From an uncultured Rivularia sp. (GTDB lineage Bacteria; Cyanobacteriota; Cyanobacteriia; Cyanobacteriales; Nostocaceae): a stretch of DNA of 64,000 nucleotides. Location of the stretch: NCBI GenBank assembly GCA_963665115.1, contig OY762007.1, positions 3,680,001 through 3,744,000 of the forward strand, given 5' to 3'. The notes under the pieces were generated by a model. It did not search any database. It saw nothing but the letters and a program-made list of their open reading frames with translations, and was not told the DNA's origin. The position numbers and the translations under genes were made by a program. Shown piece by piece: positions 22,519 through 34,495 of the stretch (positions are counted from its first letter, which is position 1; the number at the start of each line of letters is the position of its first letter).

Positions 22519-23331
22519 ATGAATTCTTATTTAGCAGCTGCTATCCAAATGACTAGCGTGCCTGATTTACAGCAGAATTTGGCACAGGCTGAAGAATTGA
22601 TTGATGTAGCCGTGCGTAAAGGTGCCCAGTTAGTGGGTTTACCGGAAAATTTTTCGTTTATGGGAGAGGAAAAAGAAAAGCTTGTACAAGCCGAAGTCAT
22701 TGCTAAGGAGACTCAAATTTTTCTGAAAAAAATGGCACAGCGTTACCAAGTGAATATTATTGGTGGTGGTTATCCCGTACCTTCGGATGACGTTGACAAG
22801 GTTTTTAATACTGCTTCGCTGATAGATTCCAACGGCGAGGAATTATCGCACTATCGCAAAGTACATTTATTTGATGTGAATGTTCCTGACGGTAATACTT
22901 ATCGAGAATCTACTACGGTAATGGCTGGTAAAGAACTACCTCCTGTGTATTCCTCAAAACAATTAGGAAATATCGGACTTTCAGTTTGTTACGATGTTCG
23001 CTTCCCCGAAGTTTACAGACATCTGTCGCAAAAAGGTGCCGACGTAATGTTTGTTCCCGCTGCTTTTACCGCCTTTACTGGTAAAGATCATTGGCAAGTA
23101 TTATTACAAGCCCGCGCCATTGAAAACACTTGCTACATAATTGCTCCAGCCCAAACAGGCGTACATTATAACCGTCGTCAAACCCACGGACACGCCATGA
23201 TTATTGACCCTTGGGGAGTGATTTTAGCCGATGCTGGAGAAAAACCGGGAGTGGCGATCGCCGAAATAAATCCCGCCAGAATCGAGCAAGTCCGCCGTCA
23301 AATGCCCAGTTTAGAACATCGGGTATTTTAA
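22519..23331 (+). CDS. Carbon-nitrogen hydrolase (Nit1-like amidase)
   Basis: LPE, YRKVHLFD, VCYDVRFPE and ARAIEN motifs (E-K-C triad). Confidence 0.93.
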   Translation: MNSYLAAAIQMTSVPDLQQNLAQAEELIDVAVRKGAQLVGLPENFSFMGEEKEKLVQAEVIAKETQIFLKKMAQRYQVNIIGGGYPVPSDDVDKVFNTASLIDSNGEELSHYRKVHLFDVNVPDGNTYRESTTVMAGKELPPVYSSKQLGNIGLSVCYDVRFPEVYRHLSQKGADVMFVPAAFTAFTGKDHWQVLLQARAIENTCYIIAPAQTGVHYNRRQTHGHAMIIDPWGVILADAGEKPGVAIAEINPARIEQVRRQMPSLEHRVF

Positions 23332-23381
23332 TATTATCAACACAAAATAAATCATTTTTAACAGGAATTCAAGAGGGTGTA

Positions 23382-23501
23382 ATGCTTAATTCCGGTGCGA
23401 GTAAATCTTTAGTTTACAAAGGACAATCTTTAGTAGGTTATACACCCCGCCCGGTGCCTCATGCAGTTGCATTGATTGACAGCGAATCTGGTTGTAATTA
23501 A
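23382..23501 (+). CDS. Possible 39-aa small protein (MLNSGASKSLVYKGQSLVGYTPRPVPHAVALIDSESGCN)
   Basis: ATG preceded by AGAGGG; hairpin plus T-tract at about 23536-23564 downstream; no recognised family. Confidence 0.3.
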   Translation: MLNSGASKSLVYKGQSLVGYTPRPVPHAVALIDSESGCN

Positions 23502-23854
23502 GTTTTTTTGGCTTTTATTTTTCAATTTTTCTGTGAGACAGGCATTTATTGTCTGTCTTTTTTATCATGATTTTTCTATGAATAATTAGTTAACAAACGG
23601 TTATCGAATCATTTTGATAAAGTTAAAAATGGATTGCAACAAAATGTATATTTATGCTTGTATTAAACTAGTTACAAAGTACTTACTAAAACTGATGAGA
23701 ATAAACTTTGGAAGTTGTTTGCAGATACAATTACTCAAAAATATCACAATAAAATATCATTGAAAGTAAGTAATCAACTTGCATTATTCGTTAAGTCCGA
23801 AATCCCACCTTGAAATCGTCTTTATTACAAATAATCATCCGAACTTTTTCTGTT

Positions 23855-24388
23855 TCATTCTTCAATCACATTAGTGACAATGTTTCCTCCGGGCATAATA
23901 GTTTTACTCAGATAGCAAGTACATAAGGCACGCGAGCTATCTTCATCTGTAAGCACATTTCTAAGATTGCATTTGTAAAAAGATGTTTCATCCAAGAGAG
24001 TTCTTGTAAGGTTTGCACCTTCTAAATCAACGGTGTCCATACCAACTTCGATTAAGCTAGCCCCTTCAAAATTAACTCGCTTTAAATTGCAATTTCTTAA
24101 AGTGGCACCGTTCAGTTCGGCACCATTGAGATTAGCATCACTTAACTCAACATCCTCTAAAAGAATATCAAGGAAATTAACACCACTTAGATTTGCGTTA
24201 TTCAAGTTGATATTTTTCAAATGGGCATTGTACAAATCTGCACCACTAAGGTTGATGCCACTAAGATTGATTCCTTGCAAACTAATGCGCCTCAAACTGG
24301 CTTTACTAAAATCTCTTTCCCCAGCAGCATACTTTTCCAATAATTCTTCAGCATCTATAATCAATTTTTCACATTCTATCGGACGCAC
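23855..24388 (-). CDS. Pentapeptide-repeat protein
   Basis: ELLEKYAAGERDF start and MPGG end flanking pentapeptide repeats. Confidence 0.9.
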   Translation of the reverse strand: MRPIECEKLIIDAEELLEKYAAGERDFSKASLRRISLQGINLSGINLSGADLYNAHLKNINLNNANLSGVNFLDILLEDVELSDANLNGAELNGATLRNCNLKRVNFEGASLIEVGMDTVDLEGANLTRTLLDETSFYKCNLRNVLTDEDSSRALCTCYLSKTIMPGGNIVTNVIEE

Positions 24389-24721
24389 GGAACAAGCTTA
24401 ATCAACTTATATGATGGGATGATTTTCAGTCCCCTTTTAGAGGACTTTCGCTATTAGACTTAGGTTTGCAACTTAAAGCGAGTTAACGATTTATCCGACA
24501 ACTTTGCAGTCATGATGGTGCGTTACGCGCTCCGCGATAACACACCCTACTATTTATTATAAATTGGGCTACAACCAACAATTATCAACTAACCACCAAT
24601 ACAACAAAAAACCGGGGAACAATACTTACCCGGTTCGGTCATTTTATACAGAATCCTTAGTAAAGTTGGGACACGCTTATATGGTGTCCCTATTTACTTG
24701 CTAATTTTGAAGATTCTTAAA

Positions 24722-25801
24722 CTATACTTTCGCAGTAGATTTGGTTTTAGCAGAAAGTTCGCCACTAGCATACTTAGCTGCAAACTCATCTAAAGGAATT
24801 TGCTTGATCTTGCTAGCATGACCAGCAGTACCAAACGCTTCATAACGATCCAAACAAACCTGCTTCATGTACTTGATGGAAGGCTTGAGGAAGTGACGGG
24901 GGTCAAAGTTGGCTGGATCTTTTGCAGCAGCTTCGCGGAAAGCGGCGGTGATAGCCAAACGGTTATCGGTGTCGATGTTCACCTTACGTACACCACTCTT
25001 GATACCTTTCTGAATTTCTTCAACAGGTACACCGTAGGTTTCAGGAATCTTACCACCATACTTGTTAATCATATCCAACCACTCTTGAGGTACGGAAGAA
25101 GAACCGTGCATTACAAGGTGGGTGTTGGGTAGACGGTTGTGGATTTCTTCAATTCGGCTGATTGCCAAAACTTCACCAGTAGGCTTACGAGTAAACTTGT
25201 AAGCACCGTGGCTGGTTCCAATCGCAACTGCTAGCGCATCAACTTGAGTTCTTTCTACAAATTCAACAGCTTCATCGGGATCTGTTAAAAGTTGCTCTCT
25301 GCTGAGTTTTCCTTCAGCACCGTGTCCATCTTCAGCTTCACCCATTCCAGTTTCCAAAGAACCCAAACAACCGAGTTCTCCTTCAACACTGGCACCAACT
25401 GAGTGAGCAACTTTCACAACTTCAGCGGTAACGTTCACGTTGTACTCAAAGCTAGCTGGAGTCTTCGCATCAGCTTCCAAAGAACCATCCATCATTACGC
25501 TGGTGAAACCGTTACGAATTGCAGAATAGCAAGTAGTAGGGCTGTTACCGTGGTCTTGGTGCATAGCAATGGGAATATTTGGATGAGTTTCCACTGCTGC
25601 CAAAATCAGGTGGCGCAAGAAGTTTTCTCCTGCATACTTACGCGCACCGCGAGAAGCCTGTAAAATCACGGGGCTATCAGCTTCTACAGCAGCTTCCATG
25701 ATTGCCAGGATTTGCTCCATGTTATTGACATTGTAAGCTGGGATGCCGTAACCGTTCTCAGCAGCATGATCCAACAGCAGACGCATTGGTACGAGCGCCA
25801 T
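24722..25801 (-). CDS. fbaA: Class II fructose-bisphosphate aldolase
   Basis: [34 protein letters not shown] and KVNIDTD motifs. Confidence 0.98.
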   Translation of the reverse strand: MALVPMRLLLDHAAENGYGIPAYNVNNMEQILAIMEAAVEADSPVILQASRGARKYAGENFLRHLILAAVETHPNIPIAMHQDHGNSPTTCYSAIRNGFTSVMMDGSLEADAKTPASFEYNVNVTAEVVKVAHSVGASVEGELGCLGSLETGMGEAEDGHGAEGKLSREQLLTDPDEAVEFVERTQVDALAVAIGTSHGAYKFTRKPTGEVLAISRIEEIHNRLPNTHLVMHGSSSVPQEWLDMINKYGGKIPETYGVPVEEIQKGIKSGVRKVNIDTDNRLAITAAFREAAAKDPANFDPRHFLKPSIKYMKQVCLDRYEAFGTAGHASKIKQIPLDEFAAKYASGELSAKTKSTAKV

Positions 25802-26097
25802 ATATATTCCTCCTAATTTAGTTATTAGCTAATCTGTTTTAAGACAAGCGTAATTCTTACGTTAATCTTAATATTTTTTTCAACTTATAGGAAATTATAA
25901 CTATTTGTGCGTACCTATGTTTAAAAAGTTTCTAGCTAAAGGTTAAAGGTTAAAGGTCGAATCATTCTTAAATTTTGAAGAAACGCGAGCCGAAACTATT
26001 GAAAAATCAAAATCAAGAAAAAACCAAGGTCTTCCATTCCTTGAGATTTAATTTAAACCTTTGACCTTTAGGCTCTTACCTTTGACCTACATTTAAA

Positions 26098-26169
26098 TGG
26101 GTAGCCTGGGATTCGAACCCAGAACAAATCGGTTAAAAGCCGAGTACTCTACCGTTGAGCTAGCCACCC
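26098..26169 (-). tRNA. tRNA-Lys(UUU)
   Basis: Reverse complement GGGTGGCTAGCTCAACGGTAGAGTACTCGGCTTTTAACCGATTTGTTCTGGGTTCGAATCCCAGGCTACCCA: acceptor stem, D arm, TTT anticodon and GTTCGAATC T-loop; CCA not encoded. Confidence 0.97.
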
Positions 26170-26230
26170 ATCGCATTTTGTGCGACTTATGAATAATAGC
26201 ATAGAACCCTCTTATTTTGTAAAGGGGTTT

Positions 26231-27100
26231 TTAGAAAAAATTTGCGGTGAGACGAATCATTGCTGAATGACTAGCCCCAGGTTGCAGTACAGTCAAGTGT
26301 TCTGCGGTGTTCATGGCATTCCGTGGTCCGCTCCAAGGCTCCAAGCAATAAAAGTCTTTACCTTTGACCGCCCAAAATACCAAGGTTGAGAAATTATCAT
26401 CGTATTCCAGCGTCATTTTCAACTTACGACCTTTATCTGTAACGCTGGTAGATTTTGCACTTAGCTTTGTAAATGCAACATCAATCTCGTCTTTACTAAA
26501 GTCGAAATTACCGTTAAACGGGTGAACTTCCTTGCTATCTTTTTCTTGAAACTCGCTTGATGGGATGTCAAACTCTAGCTGGCTTTTATCATGGGTTAAG
26601 AAGTAAGGATGAAAACCCACCGAGAAAGGCATTGCTTCGGAAGAGTTATTCTTAAATTCTTGAAGTATGGTTAGTGTATTGCCATGCAGTTGATAAGTGA
26701 AATTCACCTGAAAATCAAAAGGATAAACAGATGCAGTTTGTTCGTTGCTGTTGAGATGCAGCTTGAGAGAAACATTATCTACAGTAACTTCTTCACCTAC
26801 TTCCCAGGGTAAGTTACGACCAAAACCATGTTGCTTGAGCGTAAATTTTTTATCGTTAACGGTGTAAGTATCGTTAGGTAAATTTCCGCAAATAGGAAAC
26901 AAAATCGGATTTCCACCTCTAATGCTCATTTCCGGATTCTTAAATCGTTCTTCATCAAGATAAAAAATTTCTTTACCGTCAATGCGCCACTTCGTAATAA
27001 TACCGCCACGTTTGGGTAGCACTTCCAACTGAGACTTAGCTTTCTCGTCAGTCAGGATATAAGTTTCGTACTGTTTTTGTTCAACGTTGATAGAAAACAT
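26231..27100 (-). CDS. Aldose 1-epimerase family protein
   Basis: RGGNPILFP, QHGFGR, GFHPYF and YCLEPW motifs. Confidence 0.92.
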   Translation of the reverse strand: MFSINVEQKQYETYILTDEKAKSQLEVLPKRGGIITKWRIDGKEIFYLDEERFKNPEMSIRGGNPILFPICGNLPNDTYTVNDKKFTLKQHGFGRNLPWEVGEEVTVDNVSLKLHLNSNEQTASVYPFDFQVNFTYQLHGNTLTILQEFKNNSSEAMPFSVGFHPYFLTHDKSQLEFDIPSSEFQEKDSKEVHPFNGNFDFSKDEIDVAFTKLSAKSTSVTDKGRKLKMTLEYDDNFSTLVFWAVKGKDFYCLEPWSGPRNAMNTAEHLTVLQPGASHSAMIRLTANFF

Positions 27101-27234
27101 AATTCAAACAAGTTAGTTGTTAGTTGTTAGTTGTTAGTTGTTAGTGGTTAGGAGTTAGGAGTTAGGAGTTTTAATTCTTTCTCCTTGTCTCCTTGTCCCC
27201 CTCTCCTACCTTTGACTTTTGACCTTTGACCTAA

Positions 27235-28269
27235 TTATTCATCTTCAGCAAAAATAAACCTGTGCAGCTCGCTTGGATCTGGCTCGGGACTGCTTTCGGC
27301 AAATTCTACTGCTTCGTCTACGGTTGCTTGAATTTTGCGCTCTATGTCTTTAAGTTCTTCTTGAGAAGCTAAGTTTTGTTCGACTAAATAAGCGGCAAAT
27401 TTCTTGATCGGATCGCGAGAGAACCAAAATTCTTTTTCTTCTTTACTACGCATTTCGTCTGGATCTGCTAATGAGTGACCCCGGAAACGGTAGGTAAGCG
27501 CTTCGATTAATGTTGGCCCTTCCCCAGCACGAGCGCGTAATACTGCCTCTTGAGCAACCGAACGAACTGCTAATACGTCCATTCCATCAACTTCTACTCC
27601 ATGCATACCGAATACGCTGGCTTTTTTGTAGATTTCTGGTTGAGAAGTAGCGCGTTCGTGGGACATTCCAATTGCCCACTTATTGTTTTCTACCACGAAA
27701 AGAATCGGCAGTTTCCATAAAGCAGCCATATTTAATGTTTCATAAAATTGACCGTTATTGCAGGCTCCATCGCCAAAAAAGCAGGCTGTAACTTGATCGG
27801 CGTTTTCATCTCCGAGAACTTCGCGACGGTACTTGGTTTGAAAAGCCGCTCCCGCAGCAACCGGAATACCTTCAGCAACGAATGCATAACCGCCTAACAA
27901 ACCATGTTCTTTGGAAAACATATGCATCGAACCACCGCGCCCTTTGCTGCAACCAGTGGCTTTACCAAATAACTCCGCCATTACTTGTTTTGCCGGAACT
28001 CCCGCACTCAGGGCATGAACGTGGTCGCGGTAAGTACTCGATACAAAATCTTCACCCGGTCGCATTGCTTTAATCACACCGCTAGAAACCGCTTCTTGAC
28101 CGTTGTACAGGTGAACAAAACCGAACATTTTGCCTCTGTAGTACATTTCGGCGCACTTGTCTTCAAAAAAACGCCCCAAAATCATGTCTTCATAGACTCG
28201 TAAACCTTCTTCCTTGGTTATTTGTGCGGTGGTCGCATTGAAATCGGGTAAAGTACGTTCTTGAATCAT
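27235..28269 (-). CDS. pdhA: Pyruvate dehydrogenase E1 alpha subunit
   Basis: [22 protein letters not shown]...ENN and TYRFRGHS motifs. Confidence 0.98.
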   Translation of the reverse strand: MIQERTLPDFNATTAQITKEEGLRVYEDMILGRFFEDKCAEMYYRGKMFGFVHLYNGQEAVSSGVIKAMRPGEDFVSSTYRDHVHALSAGVPAKQVMAELFGKATGCSKGRGGSMHMFSKEHGLLGGYAFVAEGIPVAAGAAFQTKYRREVLGDENADQVTACFFGDGACNNGQFYETLNMAALWKLPILFVVENNKWAIGMSHERATSQPEIYKKASVFGMHGVEVDGMDVLAVRSVAQEAVLRARAGEGPTLIEALTYRFRGHSLADPDEMRSKEEKEFWFSRDPIKKFAAYLVEQNLASQEELKDIERKIQATVDEAVEFAESSPEPDPSELHRFIFAEDE

Positions 28270-28969
28270 TATTTTTCCTATAAACTCCGTGGTAACACTT
28301 AAAGAGATAATTTTTGTAACAGGGACTCTATATTGCTAGATCGGCAGTCAAAGACCGTTGACGATACGCAATTTTTAATGGATTGGTTAATCCTGGTTTC
28401 TATAAGTACTTACACTGCCTCGACTCTTATAGATTACCGTTTCAGGATATCAATATTCTGCATTTTGATTAACAAATCACATTTAGACAGCAAATATCCG
28501 GAATATCTCTGTAGATATTTGTACTTAAATCCCAATTGTGATAATATCTTTTTCTCGTTTGGGAAAAAAAAATACAAGGGTTTGCTTAACTTTCTAGGGT
28601 TATAGGAAAAAGCCTTTATCTACCAATGCATTGTTCTTTATCGAACAAAAGTATTGTTGTGCAAGTACAGCATTTATATATAGGGTGTATTTAACAATGT
28701 AGTCCTGAAGAAGGGTAATATCTAAATTATGTCTTCTTAAAGACTTCTGTTACACTAAGCACATTTAATTAATGTAGGAGGTTGAAAATCCGCTTTAATT
28801 TACACTCATCGGCGACTAATTGACTCTATCTGAAGGGAGGTATAGGTAAAGATGTCGCGATACATACTTGTAGTGTGAAGTCACTGGGTTATTATTATGG
28901 CACGGTTTTACAAGCCCAAGAATATATTAAGAAAACTTTATCGATGAAGGCTGAGCGGGGAAGTAGACT

Positions 28970-31268
28970 GTGCAAATTCCGCTAGATTATTACCGAATTT
29001 TAGGAATTCCGATGGCGGCAAGTGATGAGCAGTTGCGTCAAGCATACAGCGATCGCATTGTCGGATTGCCGCGACGGGAATATTCCCATACAGCAATAGC
29101 ATATCGAAAAAAACTTATAGAAGAAGCATACGTGGTTTTATCAGATCCGAAAGAACGCTCCGAATACGATCGAGTTTATTTGACACACGCTTACACTCCG
29201 GAAGACGGGCGCGATAGCAGTGTGGCGGTTGCGAAACGGGCACCGGGCAGTCAAGCTGACATCGAATCTAAAACTCTAGGTATTGATATTTCCCAAGAAG
29301 AATTGATTGGCGCTTTGATGCTTTTGCAGGAGTTGGGAGAATACGAACAGGTTTTAAATTTAGGTCGTCCATACTTAGTTCGTCAAAATGGTAAAGTAGC
29401 GGAGCCTTCAGAACAAGCACAATTGAGCGCCGAACAAAACGCTCAGCGTCCCGATGTTGTTCTCACCGTTGCCCTTGCCTGTTTGGAACTCGGTCGCGAA
29501 CAATGGCAGCAAGCTCATTACGAAAATGCAGCTGTATCGTTAGAAACTGGTTTAGAACTGTTATCCAATGAAGGATTATTTCAAAACGTTCAAGCTGAAA
29601 TAGAAGCGGATCTAAATCGACTGCGACCCTTATCGCATTTTAGAATTGCTGGCATTACCACTAGAGAAAACTGCCGAACGACAACAAGGTTTACGGTTAT
29701 TACAAGAAGTACTACTTTCTCGTGGCGGAATTGATGGCACGGTTAAAGATGAATCCGGTTTAAACGTAGATGATTTTCTGCGATTTATTCAGCAATTGCG
29801 TCACTATTTAACGGTTGCAGAGCAACACAAGCTATTTGAACAAGAAAGCAAGCGTCCTTCTGCTGTCGCTACTTATTTAGCTGTATACGCTTTGATAGCA
29901 CGAGGATTTACTCAACGTCAACCTGCTTTAGTCCGTCAAGCAAAACAAATGTTGATTCATCTGGGTAAACGTCAAGACGTACATTTAGAACAATCTTTGT
30001 GTGCCTTAGTCTTAGGACAAACCCAAGAAGCAACTCGGGCTTTGGAATTAAGTCAGGAGTACGAAGCTTTAGCTTTTATTCGAGAAAATTCTCATGATTC
30101 TCCCGATTTGCTACCCGGACTGTGTTTATATTCAGAAACTTGGTTGCAAAGTGAGGTATTTCCTCATTTTCGGGATTTGAAAAATCGACAAGCTTCTTTA
30201 AAAGAATATTTTGCTGACGACCAAGTGCAGGCTTATTTGGAAGCATTACCCAGAGATAATCAAACAAATCGACAGTCGAATCCTCAACCTCAATCAAATA
30301 ATCAAAACAACCAAAATACTCAGAAGACTCAAAGTAAAAGCAATTCTAATGTTGTTTATCGACAATTTAATAACCACAGGCAAACACCACCAGGGTATGC
30401 TCAACAAACAAGTTCTAATGTTCCAGCTACAACCGATTCCTTAACACCTAACGAAACACCAGTATCAGTGGGACCGCTTCCTTATTCAGAACGCTTCCGG
30501 AACAACAACCGCGTTCAAAATGGTTCTGCAAGAGCGATGACAACGACTGGTGTATCTCCAACCAACGGCCGCAAAAGACGCAAGCAGACTGAAATTCCCA
30601 AATCAGGAGTTGCTGTGGATGGTACACCTCGCCCTAGAGTAACTAGACGACGTGCCGCTCCATCAAACTTGCAAAAAAGAACCCGTTTTATTTGGTTAAT
30701 TTTTGGTTCTTTATCGGGCTTATTAGTTTTATGGCTGTTGGTGGGTGCGGCTGTCGGATTATTACAAAATTTATTTTCTCCCGAACCAATGCAAGGGGAG
30801 CAGTTGAGCATACAGATAGATCAAGCACCTATAGAAATACCCACTGCTAATAGCGAACCTATTTCAGATAACGTTACTTTGACAAAAGGAACCGCAAAAG
30901 TAATAGTTGAAAATTGGCTATTAACTAAAGCAAGTGCCTTGGGAGAAAATCATAATATTGAAAGCTTAGATAATATCTTATTCGGTACCGCTCTTAATAG
31001 TTGGCGAATAGTAGCTCAACAAGTTAAAGCAAAGAACCGCTATAGAACCTTTGAGCATAACGTGAATATTGAATCAGTTGATACGATTCCTAATAATAAG
31101 AATCAAGCTGCGATTGAAGCGACAGTTACCGAACAAGCTCGCTTCTATGAAAACAGTCAAATAAACGAGCAAAGGTCTTATAACGATACTATTAGGGTTC
31201 GCTATATGGTGGTCAAAATTAATGGTAAATGGCGTATTAAGGATATGTCAGTTTTAAGTAAAAGATGA
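28970..31268 (+). CDS. ftn2: Cell division protein Ftn2/ZipN (ARC6 homologue), split by one +1 frameshift
   Basis: N-terminal J-like domain (IPLDYYRILG), DLLPGLCLY motif, TM helix and C-terminal DUF4101-like domain. The ORFs join as RLRPYRILELLALP on removing one C at 29627-29629. Confidence 0.92.
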
Positions 31269-31326
31269 TTTTTAGCGGTTAGCAGTAGGGTAGAAATTAC
31301 TTTTTGATATTTTATTTAAAACGATA

Positions 31327-31357
31327 ACACCTGGTAATTTATTGTTTCCCAGGTGTT
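31327..31357. terminator. Hairpin between convergent ftn2 and P450 genes
   Basis: AACACCTGG...CCAGGTGTT. Confidence 0.55.
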
Positions 31358-31415
31358 GCTGTTTTATAGTTAAAGACACCCATTTCATCCATTTAAAATT
31401 CTTTAATGCCAGCCA

Positions 31416-32654
31416 TTACCCCAACACCACAGGCAAACTCTTGTAGCGATGCCACAACGGCATATTTATCAATTCCAGCTCCGACGCATCTATCGCCAGA
31501 CGTAAATTAGGATTGCGTTTTATCAAGTTGGCGATCGCTATTCTAGTCTCCATCCTTGCTAACGGCGCACCTAAACAAGTATGAATACCGCTACCGAATC
31601 CGAGATGCTTGTTGTGTGGGCGTGCAATATCAAATACCTCTGGATTCTCAAATGCATCTGGATCGTGATTGGCTGCTCCTAGCAAGGGGAAAACCGCCGC
31701 TCCTTTGGGAATAGTTACACCATGCAACACTACATCTTCCAGTGCATAAGCTGGTTTTGTACCTTGCACGGGACCTCTATAACGCAGAATTTCTTCGACT
31801 GCTGAATTAATTAACTCAGGCTCAGAACGCAAACTTGCCAATTGATCGGGATGTTGCAAGAGAGTCAAAACGCTATTGATAATTAGATAAACAGTAGTTT
31901 CGTAGCCTGCAATAATCAGCAGAAATACCATAGCTACTACCTCATCTTCACTCAGCTTTTCTCCTTCCGTTTCTGCTTGAATCAATGCAGTTAAAATGTC
32001 TTCGGAGGGGTTAGAACGCTTGCGATCGATTAACTCGCGGATAAATTTTGATAAACGCGGCATATCCCAGAACAACGTGCGGAACAGGCTTAAGCCCGAA
32101 AAACCATCCGTCATTGCCTTCATACCGTTGTAAAACCGAGGCATATCTTCATCCGATGCACCCACCATCTCGCTAATCACCGTAACGGGAATCGGCAATG
32201 CATAAGCCTGCTTAAGATCCACCGTACCCTGTGGTTCTGCCTTATCAAGCAAATCGTTAGTTAATTGCTCAATTCGCCCTTCCATCTTTGCCAGTGTTTG
32301 TCGCGTAAATGCCTGATGTACTAAATCCCGTAAGCGGCGATGATCCGGCTCATCTTCGGTAATCATGCTGTTTGCCATTAAAGACACCGACTTAGGTAAA
32401 GGGAAAGGAAATCTACCTCCCCCCATCGCAGTGGTGCGATTGCGAACAAAACGCGGATCTTTGAGAAAATTAGCGCAGTCATCGTAGCGGGAAAGAAAAT
32501 AAGCATCCATCATACCGACTTTACCCTTACAGACAGGATAATCTTCTCGCAGCAGCTTGTAATACTCGTATTTATTCTCTGTAAACTCTTTTGAACTTAC
32601 ATTAATGGGTTCCTTGATTTCGATTTTGGTTTTTACTCGCTGTTCAATTATCAT
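31416..32654 (-). CDS. Cytochrome P450 (bacterial soluble type)
   Basis: AGYETT I-helix, EEILR and HLGFGSGIHTCLG heme-binding motifs. Confidence 0.97.
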   Translation of the reverse strand: MIIEQRVKTKIEIKEPINVSSKEFTENKYEYYKLLREDYPVCKGKVGMMDAYFLSRYDDCANFLKDPRFVRNRTTAMGGGRFPFPLPKSVSLMANSMITEDEPDHRRLRDLVHQAFTRQTLAKMEGRIEQLTNDLLDKAEPQGTVDLKQAYALPIPVTVISEMVGASDEDMPRFYNGMKAMTDGFSGLSLFRTLFWDMPRLSKFIRELIDRKRSNPSEDILTALIQAETEGEKLSEDEVVAMVFLLIIAGYETTVYLIINSVLTLLQHPDQLASLRSEPELINSAVEEILRYRGPVQGTKPAYALEDVVLHGVTIPKGAAVFPLLGAANHDPDAFENPEVFDIARPHNKHLGFGSGIHTCLGAPLARMETRIAIANLIKRNPNLRLAIDASELELINMPLWHRYKSLPVVLG

Positions 32655-32791
32655 TTTTACTCACCTTTATAGATCGCTCTAGAATGGACCATCTCTCTCT
32701 ATTTCTTACCTCAGCGCCCTCAGCGTCTCTGCGTTTTTTTAATCAGTAATCTTGAGACAACATAGAAGTAGCACATCAGTATCTTGAAAAT

Positions 32792-33451
32792 TCAAACCGC
32801 GATACTACCTTGAGACTGATTTCTAACTTCTTCCTCTAACTGCTCATTTCCTAAAACCAGCCCCAACTCGGAACGAATATCGCTAATCTGACGCGCCCAA
32901 TTTTCTTCAAAGCGATATGCCAGAAGACATTTAGCTTGCTTACCGAGTACTTTTCCCCTGCGATTATCGGCAAGTATTTTGTTAATTTGAGTCGGTTTAA
33001 TTATCAAAAAAAGCAACAATATTATGGGATAAACTATATTCAGCATTTTGGTATAGTTTTGTCCGACAGTGAAGGCAAACACGCCCATTTCACCGGGATA
33101 GCTGGTGTCAAATCCTAACAAAATATGAAATATGTCGTGGGTAACGATGTATCGCAGTGCAAAGGGATTGCTGTCAGCTTCTTCCTGTAAATCTTCGCTG
33201 ATTTCTAACGGTTGAATCCTACATCTTTTCATATGGTGGGCGTATTCGTAGCCCAATGTTCCTTCGGGTAGCTGACTAAGTTGTTCGAGATTTATTTCGG
33301 GATAGTAGCCTACGAAGTTTTTGAGTTTCGCTTCAACTTTAGGATTTAAACCTATGCCGTATAACTCAGATTCGAGTAACCCAATGTCTCCAGCTTTTCC
33401 TTCTATGAAGTAGTTTTTGAATGCTTTGATGTAGCGTTTGATGGTAGCCAT
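32792..33451 (-). CDS. Coq4-family protein (copy 2)
   Basis: LPEGTLGYEY and THDIFHILLGFDTSYPGE (HDxxH-x11-E) motifs; start moved to the ATG at 33451 (MATIKRY, GAGG RBS). Confidence 0.85.
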   Translation of the reverse strand: MATIKRYIKAFKNYFIEGKAGDIGLLESELYGIGLNPKVEAKLKNFVGYYPEINLEQLSQLPEGTLGYEYAHHMKRCRIQPLEISEDLQEEADSNPFALRYIVTHDIFHILLGFDTSYPGEMGVFAFTVGQNYTKMLNIVYPIILLLFLIIKPTQINKILADNRRGKVLGKQAKCLLAYRFEENWARQISDIRSELGLVLGNEQLEEEVRNQSQGSIAV

Positions 33452-33485
33452 TTGTGACCTCTTATATAGTGTGGATAAATTAAAT

Positions 33486-34139
33486 TCAAGCAGTAACGGT
33501 TTCTGGGGACTGACTTCCAAATTCTTCTAACTCGTCTTCTAAAATCAGCCCCAATTCGGAACGAATATCACTAATTGGACGCGCCCAATTCTCTTCAAAA
33601 CGATATACCAAAAGACATTTAGCCTGTTTCCCTAATGCTTTTCCTCTGCGAACATTGGCACGCATATGCTTGGTTTGATTGATGAAGATAAGCGGATACA
33701 CAGATGTAATCAAAGGCTCGAATGCGTTTATTGTCTTGCTGTAGTTTTGAGCGATAGTGAATGCAAAAACGCCAATTTCACCTGCGTAACTAGTGTTAAA
33801 TCCTAAAAGTACGTGAAATATGTCATGGGTGACGGTATATCGCAATGCAAAAAGATGATTATGAGCTTCTTCTCGTAAATCTTGGCTAATTTCTAATGGT
33901 TGAATCCCGTTTTTCTGCATATGCTGGGAGTATTCGTAACCCAATGTTCCTTGGGGTAGCTGACTGAGTTGTTCAAGATCGATTGATTGATAGTAACCTG
34001 CGAAATCTTGCAGTTGAGTCAAAACTTCTGGGTTTGCACCTAATCCGAAAATTTCAAACTTGAGAAACGCAATGTCTCCTACTTCTCCTTTAGTGAAATA
34101 ATCTTTGATTGCTTTGATAAAACGTTTGATAGTAGCCAT
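33486..34139 (-). CDS. Coq4-family protein (copy 1)
   Basis: LPQGTLGYEY, THDIFHVLLGFNTSYAGE and YRFEENW motifs; tandem paralog of the downstream gene. Confidence 0.85.
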   Translation of the reverse strand: MATIKRFIKAIKDYFTKGEVGDIAFLKFEIFGLGANPEVLTQLQDFAGYYQSIDLEQLSQLPQGTLGYEYSQHMQKNGIQPLEISQDLREEAHNHLFALRYTVTHDIFHVLLGFNTSYAGEIGVFAFTIAQNYSKTINAFEPLITSVYPLIFINQTKHMRANVRRGKALGKQAKCLLVYRFEENWARPISDIRSELGLILEDELEEFGSQSPETVTA

Positions 34140-34257
34140 AATGGCAAAACTCCTATGAATATTACTAATAAAGCGGTATTAAGTGTTTAAGCTTGACATC
34201 GCAGGCGATCGTTTTCCTATTTGGTATTAAAATTGCCTTGAGCGGAAGTTATTTTTT

Positions 34258-34320
34258 GTGACTGACACGTCATGTGACTTTATAGTCATAGTGTATAAAC
34301 AAGATTCCCTAGATGTCAAC
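34258..34320 (-). promoter_or_regulatory. Sigma70-like promoter (TTGACA-N18-TACACT) plus two tandem TGAC-N6-GTCA operators
   Basis: GTGACTGACACGTCAT GTGACTTTATAGTCAT lies just downstream of the -10; the same architecture occurs at 35612-35672. Confidence 0.75.
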
Positions 34321-34431
34321 CTATCTTAGGTTTTGCTTAGGATGTAACTATTTACTTAGGCTTAAATTCGCTTGCCTCTATCTTTGGAGATAAGAGTAAA
34401 AATTTTTAGATTAAATTAGCAGAGGTTATAA

Positions 34432-34466
34432 AAATAGCCCCAGGGTTAGATTCTGGGGCGTTTTTG
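34432..34466. terminator. Intrinsic terminator-like hairpin
   Basis: GCCCCAG...CTGGGGC with A/T tracts on both sides. Confidence 0.55.
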
Positions 34467-34495
34467 TTGAGGAGTTAGGATTGTTTTTGGATTTG

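Noticed and set aside
26098..26169. tRNA-Lys as an integration site
   Set aside because: No integrase and no duplicated tRNA 3' end seen; flanked by housekeeping genes.
28970..31268. Programmed frameshift or true pseudogene in ftn2
   Set aside because: No slippery heptamer; the same +1 homopolymer signature as four unrelated genes suggests assembly error.
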